Assembly: GCA_965218785.1 (NCBI GenBank)
Contig: OZ244650.1
Location: 384,001-448,000 of the forward strand
Length of the DNA stretch: 64,000 nucleotides
Source of the DNA: Nitrosopumilus sp.
GTDB taxonomy: Archaea > Thermoproteota > Nitrososphaeria > Nitrososphaerales > Nitrosopumilaceae
Direction of reading: 5' to 3'
The position numbers were made by a program, and so were the translations under genes. Within the stretch, counting starts at the first letter, position 1. Each line of letters begins with the position of its first letter. Below the pieces are notes generated by a model. That model did not search any database. It was not told the DNA's origin and saw only the letters and a list, made by a program, of their open reading frames with translations. Below, piece after piece: positions 9,616 to 19,130 of this stretch.

Positions 9616-11163
9616 ATGCACTCTGAAAAGATTGAGGGATATGCTAAAAAGAACAGCACCGCATTACAGGGGGGTGGCCAGGATAGAATCAAGGCCCAGC
9701 ATGATAAGGGTAAACTAACTGCCCGAGAAAGAATTGATCTCCTGCTTGATGAGGGCACTTTTACCGAGATTGATCCAATGATTACCCATCATTATCACGA
9801 ATATGACATGCAGAAAAAGAAATTCTTTACAGATGGCGTGATTGGGGGATATGGGACAGTCAATGGAAGACAAATCTTTGTCTTTGCCTATGATTTTACC
9901 GTGCTTGGCGGGACGCTTAGTCAGATGGGTGCAAAAAAAATTACTAAACTAATGGATCATGCAATAAGAACCGGGTGTCCGGTCATTGGAATAATGGACT
10001 CTGGCGGCGCAAGAATTCAAGAGGGAATTATGAGTCTTGATGGATTTGCAGACATATTTTATCACAACCAGCTGGCTTCTGGAGTAATTCCACAGATTAC
10101 AGCAAGCATTGGCCCTTCTGCAGGCGGCTCTGTATATTCCCCGGCAATGACTGACTTTGTAATCATGGTAAACAAGGTGGGAACCATGTTTGTTACAGGA
10201 CCTGATGTTGTCAAGACCGTACTAGGCGAGGAAATTTCATTTGATGATCTTGGCGGGGCCATGACTCACGGCTCAAAAAGCGGTGTTGCGCATTTTGTTG
10301 CGCAAAACGAGTACGAATGCATGGATTACATAAAGAAGCTGATCTCCTATCTCCCGCAAAATAATACTGAAGAGCCTCCCAAAATTACAACTGATGATGA
10401 TCCAAACAGACTAGATCACAATCTTATCAATATAATTCCTGAAAATCCCCTGCAACCTTATGATATGAAAGAGATCATCAACTCGATTGTTGATAACCAT
10501 GAATTCTTTGAGGTGCATGAATTGTTTGCGCCAAATGTTGTTGTGGGTTATGGAAGATTAAACGGTCAGACTGTTGGAATTATAGCAAACAACCCAATGT
10601 ATCTTGCAGGTGCACTTGATATTGATTCATCAAGCAAGGCGGCACGGTTTATTCGGTTCTGTGACTCTTTTAACATACCAATTATCACTCTAGTGGACAC
10701 TCCCGGATACATGCCGGGTTCTAACCAGGAACACAATGGAATCATCCGACATGGAAGCAAACTGCTTTATGCATACTGTGAAGCCACGGTTCCACGAATT
10801 ACCCTAGTCATTGGAAAGGCGTATGGCGGTGCATACATCGCAATGGGAAGTAAAAATCTCAGAACAGACGTCAATTATGCATGGCCGACTGCCAGATGTG
10901 CCGTACTGGGCGGGGAGGCGGCTGTTAAAATTATGTACAGAAAAGAACTGCAAACATCTGATGATCCTGAAGCGCTCAAAAAACGGCTAATCGATGAATT
11001 TACCGAAAAATTTGAAAATCCTTACGTTGCTGCCTCTCACGGAACTGTTGATAATGTAATTGATCCGGCTGAAACCAGGCCCATGTTGATCAAGGCACTT
11101 GCAATGCTTGCAAACAAGAGGGAAAAACAGCTGCCCAGAAAGCACGGAAATATTAACCTGTGA
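9616..11163 (+). CDS. pccB: Acetyl-/propionyl-CoA carboxylase carboxyltransferase subunit (3HP/4HB cycle)
   Basis: GKLTARERI, DSGGARIQEG, DTPGYMPG, KAYGGAY, RKHGNINL. Confidence 0.95.
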   Translation: MHSEKIEGYAKKNSTALQGGGQDRIKAQHDKGKLTARERIDLLLDEGTFTEIDPMITHHYHEYDMQKKKFFTDGVIGGYGTVNGRQIFVFAYDFTVLGGTLSQMGAKKITKLMDHAIRTGCPVIGIMDSGGARIQEGIMSLDGFADIFYHNQLASGVIPQITASIGPSAGGSVYSPAMTDFVIMVNKVGTMFVTGPDVVKTVLGEEISFDDLGGAMTHGSKSGVAHFVAQNEYECMDYIKKLISYLPQNNTEEPPKITTDDDPNRLDHNLINIIPENPLQPYDMKEIINSIVDNHEFFEVHELFAPNVVVGYGRLNGQTVGIIANNPMYLAGALDIDSSSKAARFIRFCDSFNIPIITLVDTPGYMPGSNQEHNGIIRHGSKLLYAYCEATVPRITLVIGKAYGGAYIAMGSKNLRTDVNYAWPTARCAVLGGEAAVKIMYRKELQTSDDPEALKKRLIDEFTEKFENPYVAASHGTVDNVIDPAETRPMLIKALAMLANKREKQLPRKHGNINL

Positions 11164-11166
11164 TTA

Positions 11167-12657
11167 ATGATGATTGAAAAAGTACTTGTTGCAAACAGGG
11201 GGGAAATTGCCTTACGTGTAATACGAACATGCAAGGTACTTGGAATTAAGACAGTAGCAGTTTATTCTGATGAGGATACTAATTCAATGCATGTAAAACA
11301 GGCTACTGAGGCATATCATATTGGAGAGGCATCCCCTGCAAAATCATATCTTAATCAGGAAAAAATTCTTGATGTCATACTGTCTTCTGGTGCAGATGCC
11401 GTTCATCCGGGTTATGGCTTTCTTTCTGAAAATGATGACTTTGCAAGGTTATGTGAAAAAAATAAGATCAATTTCATTGGTCCTTCTGCTGATTCTATGA
11501 ATCTTTGTGGCGATAAAATGAGGTGCAAGGTCGCAATGCTAAAAGCCAAAGTACCGACAGTACCTGGAAGTACAGACCTGGTCAAGGATGCAGACGAGGC
11601 AGAAAAGATTGCAAATGATATTGGCTACCCAGTGCTGTTAAAATCAGTTTATGGCGGCGGAGGTCGCGGAATCAGACTGGCCACTAATGATAAGGAACTA
11701 CATGAGGGTTATGAATCCGTCACAGGAGAGTCAATTGCCGCCGTAGGAAAATCGGCAATCCTTGTAGAAAAATTCCTAGAGAGAACAAGACACATTGAAT
11801 ATCAGATGGCAAGAGACACTCATGGAAACACCGTTCATATCTTTGAAAGAGAATGTTCAATCCAAAGACGCAACCAAAAATTAATTGAACAGACACCCTC
11901 CCCAATCGTTGATGAGCAAACAAGGCAACGTGTGGGGGAGATCGTGTGTAATGCAGCTGACGCAGTTGACTATACAAACCTGGGTACAGCAGAATTTCTA
12001 AGGGCCGATAACGGCGAGTTCTATTTTATCGAAATTAACGCCAGACTGCAGGTAGAACACCCAATTACGGAATACGTGTCCGGACTGGATCTAGTCAAAC
12101 TGCAGCTTGATATTGCAAATGGTGAACCCCTTCCATTCAAGCAAAGTGACCTCAAAATGAACGGATATGCAATTGAATGCAGAATTAACGCCGAAGACAC
12201 CTTCTTGGACTTTGCACCGTCTACCGGACCTGTCCCGGATGTAACAATACCGGCAGGACCAGGCGTTCGATGTGATACCTACCTGTATTCGGGATGTACC
12301 GTTTCTCCGTTTTATGACTCGTTAATGGCAAAACTCGTTACATGGGGACAGACATTTGATGAATCCAGAACGAGAATGCTTGCCGCATTAAATGACTTTT
12401 ACATTCAGGGAGTTGAGACTTCAATTCCCCTCTACAAAACAATTCTAAATTCAGACGAATACAAAAATGGCCAGCTGTCAACTGACTTTCTTAAGCGTTT
12501 TGAGATGATTGACAGGCTAGCTGAAGACATTAAGAAAGAAAAGGAGGAGAAAAGCAATGCGGCTTTGGCTGCTGCGATAATTCATTCCAAATACTTTGCA
12601 AGCCGCGTACAAAGCCTCGCTGCTGGTAATTCCAACTGGAAGAACAAACTGGATTGA
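11167..12657 (+). CDS. accC: Biotin carboxylase subunit
   Basis: VANRGEIA, HPGYGFLSEN, GGGGRG, RECSIQRRNQK, EINARLQVEH. Confidence 0.96.
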   Translation: MMIEKVLVANRGEIALRVIRTCKVLGIKTVAVYSDEDTNSMHVKQATEAYHIGEASPAKSYLNQEKILDVILSSGADAVHPGYGFLSENDDFARLCEKNKINFIGPSADSMNLCGDKMRCKVAMLKAKVPTVPGSTDLVKDADEAEKIANDIGYPVLLKSVYGGGGRGIRLATNDKELHEGYESVTGESIAAVGKSAILVEKFLERTRHIEYQMARDTHGNTVHIFERECSIQRRNQKLIEQTPSPIVDEQTRQRVGEIVCNAADAVDYTNLGTAEFLRADNGEFYFIEINARLQVEHPITEYVSGLDLVKLQLDIANGEPLPFKQSDLKMNGYAIECRINAEDTFLDFAPSTGPVPDVTIPAGPGVRCDTYLYSGCTVSPFYDSLMAKLVTWGQTFDESRTRMLAALNDFYIQGVETSIPLYKTILNSDEYKNGQLSTDFLKRFEMIDRLAEDIKKEKEEKSNAALAAAIIHSKYFASRVQSLAAGNSNWKNKLD

Positions 12658-12660
12658 TCA

Positions 12661-13182
12661 ATGATGAACTATAAAATACAAGATCTTGAAAAATCATTTG
12701 ATGGGAAAATAACTGCAAGCCTTGGAAATAATGAATACGTAATTAAAATTAATGATGCTGAACATCAACTAAAAATTCTAAATGTCAATTCAAAGGGAGT
12801 CGAGTTTATTTTAGACCAAAACTATCACAGGGCAAAATATCTTAAACGATCCACAAATGAAATGAGTCTGGTAATTGACAACGTTCCAATCACTCTTAAC
12901 ATGCATACTCATTTTGATGGAATAGTATACAAAAACTCTGGCGGCAGCGGCGGAGGTACTGATAACACACAGCTATCTTTGAAGAGTCAAATTCCAGGCA
13001 AGGTTGTTTCTATTGCAGTTGCCACGGGGGATTCTGTAAAGAAAGGCGATGTTATCTGCACCCTAGAATCTATGAAGATGCAGGTTGCAGTCAAAGCACA
13101 CAAAGACGGTACTGTAAAATCCATCAAGGTTAAGGAAACGGGAACTGTCGCCAAGGGCGACGTAATTGCTGATATAGAATAA
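12661..13182 (+). CDS. accB: Biotin carboxyl carrier protein
   Basis: ESMKM biotinylation motif after a Gly-rich linker. Confidence 0.93.
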   Translation: MMNYKIQDLEKSFDGKITASLGNNEYVIKINDAEHQLKILNVNSKGVEFILDQNYHRAKYLKRSTNEMSLVIDNVPITLNMHTHFDGIVYKNSGGSGGGTDNTQLSLKSQIPGKVVSIAVATGDSVKKGDVICTLESMKMQVAVKAHKDGTVKSIKVKETGTVAKGDVIADIE

Positions 13183-13196
13183 AAAAGGAAATATCC

Positions 13197-13661
13197 CTAT
13201 CTTAGAAAATTTTTAATCTCTTCATAGTCTGGTTCTTTTAATGGATCCTCTGAAACCCATTTGTAGCCAACTGTCCCATCTTCCATAATTATGAATACAG
13301 AACGCTTTGCGGCATTATAGTCCTTGAGGTGCAACAGATCCTTTAAGAGTATGTCGTAATCACGAATTGTCTTACTGTTGTAATCTCCCAATAACGGGAA
13401 ATTAAAATTATTTTTTTCTGCAAATGCTTTGTTTGCAAACGGACCGTCATTACTGACTGCTATTACCTGCGCACCAAGATCTGAAATTTCTTGCCAGGAA
13501 TCCCTGAATGTGCATAATTCTGTTTCACAAACAGGCGAACTTGCAGCAACGATGAATGAAAGTACGATCTTTTTTCCTTTAAATTCATCCAAAGTCCGCA
13601 GTTTTAACTCCGTGTCTGGAAGTTCAAAATCAGGAGCTTTATCTCCAATATTTAATGGCAT
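13197..13661 (-). CDS. Peroxiredoxin (BCP/PrxQ-like)
   Basis: GDKAPDFEL, SPVCETELC (C-x4-C), NFPLLGD, KRSVFII. Confidence 0.88.
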   Translation of the reverse strand: MPLNIGDKAPDFELPDTELKLRTLDEFKGKKIVLSFIVAASSPVCETELCTFRDSWQEISDLGAQVIAVSNDGPFANKAFAEKNNFNFPLLGDYNSKTIRDYDILLKDLLHLKDYNAAKRSVFIIMEDGTVGYKWVSEDPLKEPDYEEIKNFLR

Positions 13662-13740
13662 TATGGGTTTTACCCACCATCCTATTAAGTAGTTTACAGA
13701 AATTATTCTTTCCAAAATTTGATCGAAAAAAGAAGCATAC

Positions 13741-13750
13741 CTTTTTATAC
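13741..13750 (+). promoter_or_regulatory. TATA box for nuoA
   Basis: CTTTTTATAC ending ~24 bp upstream of the TTG start, with a purine-rich BRE-like stretch before it. Confidence 0.5.
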
Positions 13751-13773
13751 AAAAATCCGGTCAAAAAGCTGAA

Positions 13774-14148
13774 TTGGTCGGGGAATTAGCGGGCAATTAC
13801 AGTACCGTTGTATTGATGTTTGCCTTTGGTATAGTTGCAATGGCACCTGCCTTGATAGTTTCAAGAATGATTTCACCACGAAAACGGAGCAATCCTGTCA
13901 AATTCCTGCCAATGGAATGCGGTCAGGTTCCCTCAGGAGAAGGCCGAACCCACTTTATGATGCAGTACTATCCTTACATTCTGATGTTTGTAGTATTTGA
14001 TGTCATGGCAATCTTCTTGTACGCATGGGGAAGCTCCCTTTTGGAACTTCCAAAGAGCGCGACCCTGCCCATGATTGGATTTCTGGGTATAATGTTTGGA
14101 GCAATGTCGTTTGCTTTGTACCAGTCAGGGAGACGAAGAATATGGTAG
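13774..14148 (+). CDS. nuoA: Complex I subunit A
   Basis: MECG, QYYPYILMFVVFDV, 3 TM helices. Confidence 0.93.
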   Translation: MVGELAGNYSTVVLMFAFGIVAMAPALIVSRMISPRKRSNPVKFLPMECGQVPSGEGRTHFMMQYYPYILMFVVFDVMAIFLYAWGSSLLELPKSATLPMIGFLGIMFGAMSFALYQSGRRRIW

Positions 14149-14150
14149 TT

Positions 14151-14160
14151 TTTTATATAA
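14151..14160 (+). promoter_or_regulatory. Internal TATA box upstream of nuoB
   Basis: TTTTATATAA ending ~28 bp upstream of TTG 14188. Confidence 0.45.
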
Positions 14161-14187
14161 ATCACATTTACAGGATATGGAATAAGA

Positions 14188-14712
14188 TTGCTTAAAGACT
14201 TGGTAACACCAGAAAACGCAAATGTTTTTGTAGGAAAATTAGGGGATATTCTGGAAAAAGCGATCGGCAAACCACTGGGTTATGCCATCAATTGGGGTAG
14301 AATTTGGTCACTCTGGCCTGTCCACATTGAAACGGCCTGCTGCAGTGTTGAATTTGGCGCAGCGTCCAGTCCGAGATATGATGTTGAAAGATTTGGCATC
14401 ATCGAAGCATTCGGATCACTTAGACAGTGTGATCTGATTGTCGTTCAGGGAACCATTACAAGAAAAATGGCGCCACGTCTCAGACTAGTTTATGATCAAA
14501 TGCCAGAACCAAAGTATGTAATTGCTATGGGAGCCTGTGCAATTACTGGAGGACTGTATTTTGATTCATACAATGTACTTCCTGGAATTGACGGAGTTAT
14601 TCCAGTTGATGTCTATGTTCCGGGTTGCCCACCTAGACCTGAAACCCTTATCCAAGGATGTATTTTGTTACAAGAGAAAATCAAGAGAATGAAGGCTAGG
14701 ACGTTTGTATGA
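14188..14712 (+). CDS. nuoB: Complex I subunit B
   Basis: ACCSVE, MGACA, PGCPPRPE (N2 cluster). Confidence 0.96.
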   Translation: MLKDLVTPENANVFVGKLGDILEKAIGKPLGYAINWGRIWSLWPVHIETACCSVEFGAASSPRYDVERFGIIEAFGSLRQCDLIVVQGTITRKMAPRLRLVYDQMPEPKYVIAMGACAITGGLYFDSYNVLPGIDGVIPVDVYVPGCPPRPETLIQGCILLQEKIKRMKARTFV

Positions 14713-15407
14713 TGAGTTCTGATTCTGAAAAACCCGCAGAAGAAAAACCGGCACCAAAGCCTGTTGCAAAAATACCTGAAGAAAAACCGGCACCAAAGCC
14801 TGTTGCAAAAATACCTGAAGAAAAACCGGCACCAAAGCCTGTTGCAAAAATACCTGAAGAAAAACCGGCACCAAAGCCTGTTGCAAAAAAACCTGAAGAA
14901 AAACCCGTGGAACTGCCTGCTTTTGAAAAGGGAATTTCTGAAAAGATTGTTGAAAAGTTTGGAGATAAAGTCAGAGTCACATTTGTAAAAGAAGACAGAA
15001 TTGGAATTAGTGCCGGCAAGGATGATGTACATGATGTTGCAGAGTTCATTCGCGACGGCTTGAACTATGATCACGTCGAATCCGTTTCAGGTGTGGACTA
15101 TCCTGCAGATAAAGAAATCGAGGTCGTCTATCACATCGGTTCTTACAGCGATTCCTCGCTGGCAAGACAGATTCTTGTCTTATCTACCAGGGCTCAACGG
15201 GAAGAAAACCCGATTCCTGGAAATGACGCCACCAGGCTCCCCAGTCTTAGGGATGTGTTTTATAGCGTGGAATTCCATGAAAGAGAAACTTTTGAAATGC
15301 TCGGTGTCTTCTTTGAAGGTCATCCGGATAATCGAAGACTGCTTTTGCCAGAGGACTGGGCGGACCTGCCTCCACTCAGAAAGGACTTTGCAATAAAGGG
15401 AAGATAA
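14709..15407 (+). CDS. nuoC: Complex I subunit C with an N-terminal repeat
   Basis: ERETFEMLGVFFEGHPD and PPLRKDF. Confidence 0.93.
   Translation: MMSSDSEKPAEEKPAPKPVAKIPEEKPAPKPVAKIPEEKPAPKPVAKIPEEKPAPKPVAKKPEEKPVELPAFEKGISEKIVEKFGDKVRVTFVKEDRIGISAGKDDVHDVAEFIRDGLNYDHVESVSGVDYPADKEIEVVYHIGSYSDSSLARQILVLSTRAQREENPIPGNDATRLPSLRDVFYSVEFHERETFEMLGVFFEGHPDNRRLLLPEDWADLPPLRKDFAIKGR
14739..14906 (+). repeat. 39-bp tandem repeat x4.3 encoding EEKPAPKPVAKIP
   Basis: GAAGAAAAACCGGCACCAAAGCCTGTTGCAAAAATACCT at 14739, 14778, 14817 and 14856 (last copy has 1 substitution). Confidence 0.97.
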
Positions 15408-16543
15408 TGATGACTGTAGAACTACCACCCGGACTGGCACTCCAAAAAGTCGACGAGAGAATCATGACTCTCAATGTGGGACCACAACACCCCGGCTCTG
15501 GTCACATGAGACTAATCGTACAAATTGACGGTGACTATATTGTTGCATGTGATCCTGATCCCGGATACGTTCATCGTGGGGAAGAAAAGATGGCAGAATA
15601 CAGGAATTATATCTTAAATATTCCTCACTTGGAGAGGCCGGTAATTCATGACTCTTGCAACGTACTTTATCCGTATGTTCTCGGAGTCGAAGAACTGCTT
15701 GGAATTGAGGTTTCAGAACGTGCAAAATATGTCAGAGTAATCGCATCTGAATTAAACAGATGTATCTACACAATGTACTGGCTTGCAATTTATGGCATCT
15801 TCTTGGGACACTCTACAATGTTTATGTGGCCTGCAGGTGACCGTGAATTCCTAATTGATCTTATGGAAAAAATGACAGGTGCCAGAGTAACACACGCACA
15901 TTTTGTTCCAGGCGGGGTTAGAAACGACCTGCCTCCAAACTTTGAGGATGTCTGCCTGCGCCAGGTCAACTATTTTGAAAAACGTATCAAGGAATACTCT
16001 GCGATCTTTTATGACAATCCGATTCTGATTTCAAGAACCAGGGACACCGGAGTCTTATCACGTCAAGATGCAATCCGGCTTGGAACAACCGGCTCTGTAC
16101 TTCGTGCAAGTGGGGTTGATTTTGATCTGAGAAAAAAGGAACCATATGATGTCTATGACGAGCTGGATGTTCATACTAATGTGATGAAGGAAGGTGATTC
16201 TTATGCAAGATCTCTGGTTCCCTGGCTTGATATGTTGGAGAGCTGCAACATTATCAGACAGGCATTACAAAAGATGCCAAAGTCAGGTTCTGTCCGGGTT
16301 AAATTAAAACCAAATCCAAAGGGCAAACTTGATTCTGTGTACAAACGTGTAGAGTCCGGCCGAGGCTCTCTGGGATGTTATATTGTTTCAGACGGCAAAC
16401 CAGAGCCATACCGGCTAAAAATGAGCGTCGGTTCCTTTAGAAATCTGATTGCATTGCCGTATCTTCTCAAGGGTGAAAAGCTCGGCAACATGCCGTCTGT
16501 CTATTGGAGTCTTAACTACTGGCCGGTGGAGGCAGACAGGTAA
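15407..16543 (+). CDS. nuoD: Complex I subunit D
   Basis: NVGPQHPGSGH, GYVHRGEEK, C-terminal EADR. Confidence 0.95.
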   Translation: MMTVELPPGLALQKVDERIMTLNVGPQHPGSGHMRLIVQIDGDYIVACDPDPGYVHRGEEKMAEYRNYILNIPHLERPVIHDSCNVLYPYVLGVEELLGIEVSERAKYVRVIASELNRCIYTMYWLAIYGIFLGHSTMFMWPAGDREFLIDLMEKMTGARVTHAHFVPGGVRNDLPPNFEDVCLRQVNYFEKRIKEYSAIFYDNPILISRTRDTGVLSRQDAIRLGTTGSVLRASGVDFDLRKKEPYDVYDELDVHTNVMKEGDSYARSLVPWLDMLESCNIIRQALQKMPKSGSVRVKLKPNPKGKLDSVYKRVESGRGSLGCYIVSDGKPEPYRLKMSVGSFRNLIALPYLLKGEKLGNMPSVYWSLNYWPVEADR

Positions 16544-17842
16544 ATGTCAGTTATTGCACCCCAGTTCAAACTAAGTGAATTCATAAAGTCACTGCTCGAT
16601 AACGTGTTCTGGATTTTACTGATAGTCGTTCTGGCCGGCCTTCCGGCAATCATGATGATTCTGTTTGTAATTGAACTGCCTGTAATTGACGGCGAGCTGC
16701 TTACGCCGTTTCTTGCATTTTCTTGGCTGGTAGATCCCACGCGTACGCTTCCCATCATCCATGCATTCATGGCAACTGACATGTTCAGAATAATGGCATT
16801 TCCCGGGTTTGGATTTGCGGCATTGCTTGCTGCTGGAACGATTTTTGTTGAAAGAAAGATGCTGGCAAAATTACAGCTGCGTGTAGGTCCATTTTACTGT
16901 GGAAAAATTGAGGGAATTTTACAGTTAATGGGCGATGGACTAAAACTAATTTCCAAAGAAATTATCATTCCTGCAAAAGCCGATAAACCGCTTTTCTGGG
17001 CGGCGCCTGTCTTGTTTGTAGCTACGGCAGCTGCGTTTGTTGCATTAATTCCTGTTGCACCTGGCTGGGTGGTTGCAGATATTGATATTGGACTAATTGG
17101 GGTCTTTGCAGTGATTGGATTCTTTCCAATCATTACCATTCTTTCTGCATGGTCTGCAAACAGCAAGTATCCGTTTATCGGCGGCATCAGGGCACTGTTC
17201 CAGATGGTTTCATTTGAAATCCCACTGATACTGTCTCTGTTAGGCGTTGTCATGCTGACTGGAACCCTGAATCTGTCTGAGATTGTGGAGAGTCAGTCCA
17301 GTTTCCCATGGATCATATTTCTGCCAATTGGCGCCATTGTGTTCTTCATTACGATGCTCGCAGAGCTGGAAAGAATTCCATTTGACCTGCCAGAGGCCGA
17401 AAGTGAAATCGTGGCAGGCTGGCTGACGGAATTTTCTGGAATGATGTACGGGCTTGTTCAACTGGGAACTTATCTGAAACTTTATGCGTTCGCTGCCCTG
17501 TTTGTCGTCTTGTTTCTTGGCGGATGGCACGGTCCGATGGTGGTGCCTCCGTTCCCGGCTGAAATTCTTACCGAGGGAATTGCGATGGGCCCGGTTACTG
17601 CAAAGATTCCCGGACTGCCGCTGTTCACACAGGAGATGCTCAACGGCACATTTTGGTTTGTTCTAAAAACTGTCGGGGTAATCTTCTTTATTCTCCTGCC
17701 AAGGGGCGTCTTCCCCAGAATTAGAGTTGATCTTTTGCTGAATCTTGGCTGGACCAAGCTTATCGGACTGTGCTTCGTTAACATCTTTATTGCTCTAGGT
17801 CTGTTGTATGCTGGAGTGCTGGGACCAGGAGGACTACAATAA
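16544..17842 (+). CDS. nuoH: Complex I subunit H
   Basis: ERKMLAKLQLRVGP, DGLKLISKE, PFDLPEAESE, PRIR. Confidence 0.95.
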   Translation: MSVIAPQFKLSEFIKSLLDNVFWILLIVVLAGLPAIMMILFVIELPVIDGELLTPFLAFSWLVDPTRTLPIIHAFMATDMFRIMAFPGFGFAALLAAGTIFVERKMLAKLQLRVGPFYCGKIEGILQLMGDGLKLISKEIIIPAKADKPLFWAAPVLFVATAAAFVALIPVAPGWVVADIDIGLIGVFAVIGFFPIITILSAWSANSKYPFIGGIRALFQMVSFEIPLILSLLGVVMLTGTLNLSEIVESQSSFPWIIFLPIGAIVFFITMLAELERIPFDLPEAESEIVAGWLTEFSGMMYGLVQLGTYLKLYAFAALFVVLFLGGWHGPMVVPPFPAEILTEGIAMGPVTAKIPGLPLFTQEMLNGTFWFVLKTVGVIFFILLPRGVFPRIRVDLLLNLGWTKLIGLCFVNIFIALGLLYAGVLGPGGLQ

Positions 17843-18339
17843 TGGGAACTGCTACAGGTATTATCCGTGCGTTAAATTCCGGAATCAAACACCTTGCAGT
17901 AAAGCGGTTTACACTCCGTTATCCGGAGGAGAAACTAAAGTTCGTAGGAGACGGGTATCAGTTTGATCCTTCGACTGGCGTGGGAATTGCCGGGCTAAAG
18001 GGCCGTCATATGCTGTTCCATGATCACTGCACCGGCTGCCAGCTATGTTCTATTGCCTGTGAGGGGGTTGCCGAGGCAATTGCAATGGTAAAGGTTCCCG
18101 AAGAACACAAACAAAACAAGAAAGCAATCATGCCACAGATCGATTACGGCAAGTGTGTTTTCTGCGGTCTTTGTGTTGATGCATGTCCGTTTTATGCGCT
18201 TTACATGACTAATGATTATGAGCTGTCATCGTTTTCCAAAGAGGGGCTGATCTACACTCCTGCACAGCTCCAGGTCAAGCCATATGTCTCACAAGACAGT
18301 GAAATCCAGATAACTGACAGAGGTGCATCACATGGCTGA
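17842..18339 (+). CDS. nuoI: Complex I subunit I
   Basis: Two CxxCxxCxxxC 4Fe-4S motifs. Confidence 0.95.
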   Translation: MGTATGIIRALNSGIKHLAVKRFTLRYPEEKLKFVGDGYQFDPSTGVGIAGLKGRHMLFHDHCTGCQLCSIACEGVAEAIAMVKVPEEHKQNKKAIMPQIDYGKCVFCGLCVDACPFYALYMTNDYELSSFSKEGLIYTPAQLQVKPYVSQDSEIQITDRGASHG

Positions 18340-18844
18340 TGCTGCGTTTCTTGCATTAACTGTAATTACAATCGGTTCTGCAATCGCCGCACTAGAGATG
18401 AGATCATTAATTTATGGCTCGATTGCGTTAATGGGAACCCTTGGCGGCATTGCCGGATTCTTCCTGCTCCTTGATGCGCCGTTTGTTGCGTTGTTCCAGC
18501 TTGCAGTCTATGTCGGCTCCATTGCCGTTCTGATTCTGTTTACAGTCATGCTGGTAAAGCGGGAATTCATCTTTAAAAAAATCGAGGACAAGAGAAGAAA
18601 GTTTGCAGGAATCGGATTGATGCTTATAGTGATGGTATCCCTGGGTGCCGTGTTTCTGGATTCCGGAATCAAGACAATAACCACTGACGAACCCCCAGTT
18701 GACTTTAGGGATATCGGTGTTAACTTTGTAACTTACTACTGGCCTGCGTTAATTCTGATGGCGTTAATTCTTGCAGGCTCTGTAACTGGTGCGCTGGTTT
18801 TAGCCAAGCGGGAGGATGTGGAGAATGACCAACGAACTAGTTGA
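18332..18844 (+). CDS. nuoJ: Complex I subunit J
   Basis: QLAVYVGSIAVLILFTVML; position in the operon. Confidence 0.92.
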   Translation: MADAAFLALTVITIGSAIAALEMRSLIYGSIALMGTLGGIAGFFLLLDAPFVALFQLAVYVGSIAVLILFTVMLVKREFIFKKIEDKRRKFAGIGLMLIVMVSLGAVFLDSGIKTITTDEPPVDFRDIGVNFVTYYWPALILMALILAGSVTGALVLAKREDVENDQRTS

Positions 18845-19130
18845 CTTTACACTTGTATCTGTTGCCCTGCTGGGAATAGGAATTTACGGCCTTGCCGTAA
18901 AGCGTAATTTTATTCGGATGCTGTTTGCAATTGAAATTATCATCAATGCCGCAAATCTTAACCTTGTCGCATTTGGCAGATTCATACCACACAGCGGCGG
19001 TCAGACCCTGGCATTATTCTCAATTGCAATAGCCGCAGCTGAGGTTGCAGTGGGGCTCTCGTTAATTATTGTGGCTTATCGCATGTATCAAAATGTCGAT
19101 ATCGCAGACTTTAGGAGCCTGAAGGGATAA
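18825..19130 (+). CDS. nuoK: Complex I subunit K
   Basis: IEIIINAANLN and AAAEVAVGL. Confidence 0.93.
   Translation: MTNELVDFTLVSVALLGIGIYGLAVKRNFIRMLFAIEIIINAANLNLVAFGRFIPHSGGQTLALFSIAIAAAEVAVGLSLIIVAYRMYQNVDIADFRSLKG

Noticed and set aside
14613-15074. Repetitive antisense and alternate-frame ORFs
   Set aside because: Shadows of the 39-bp nuoC repeat.
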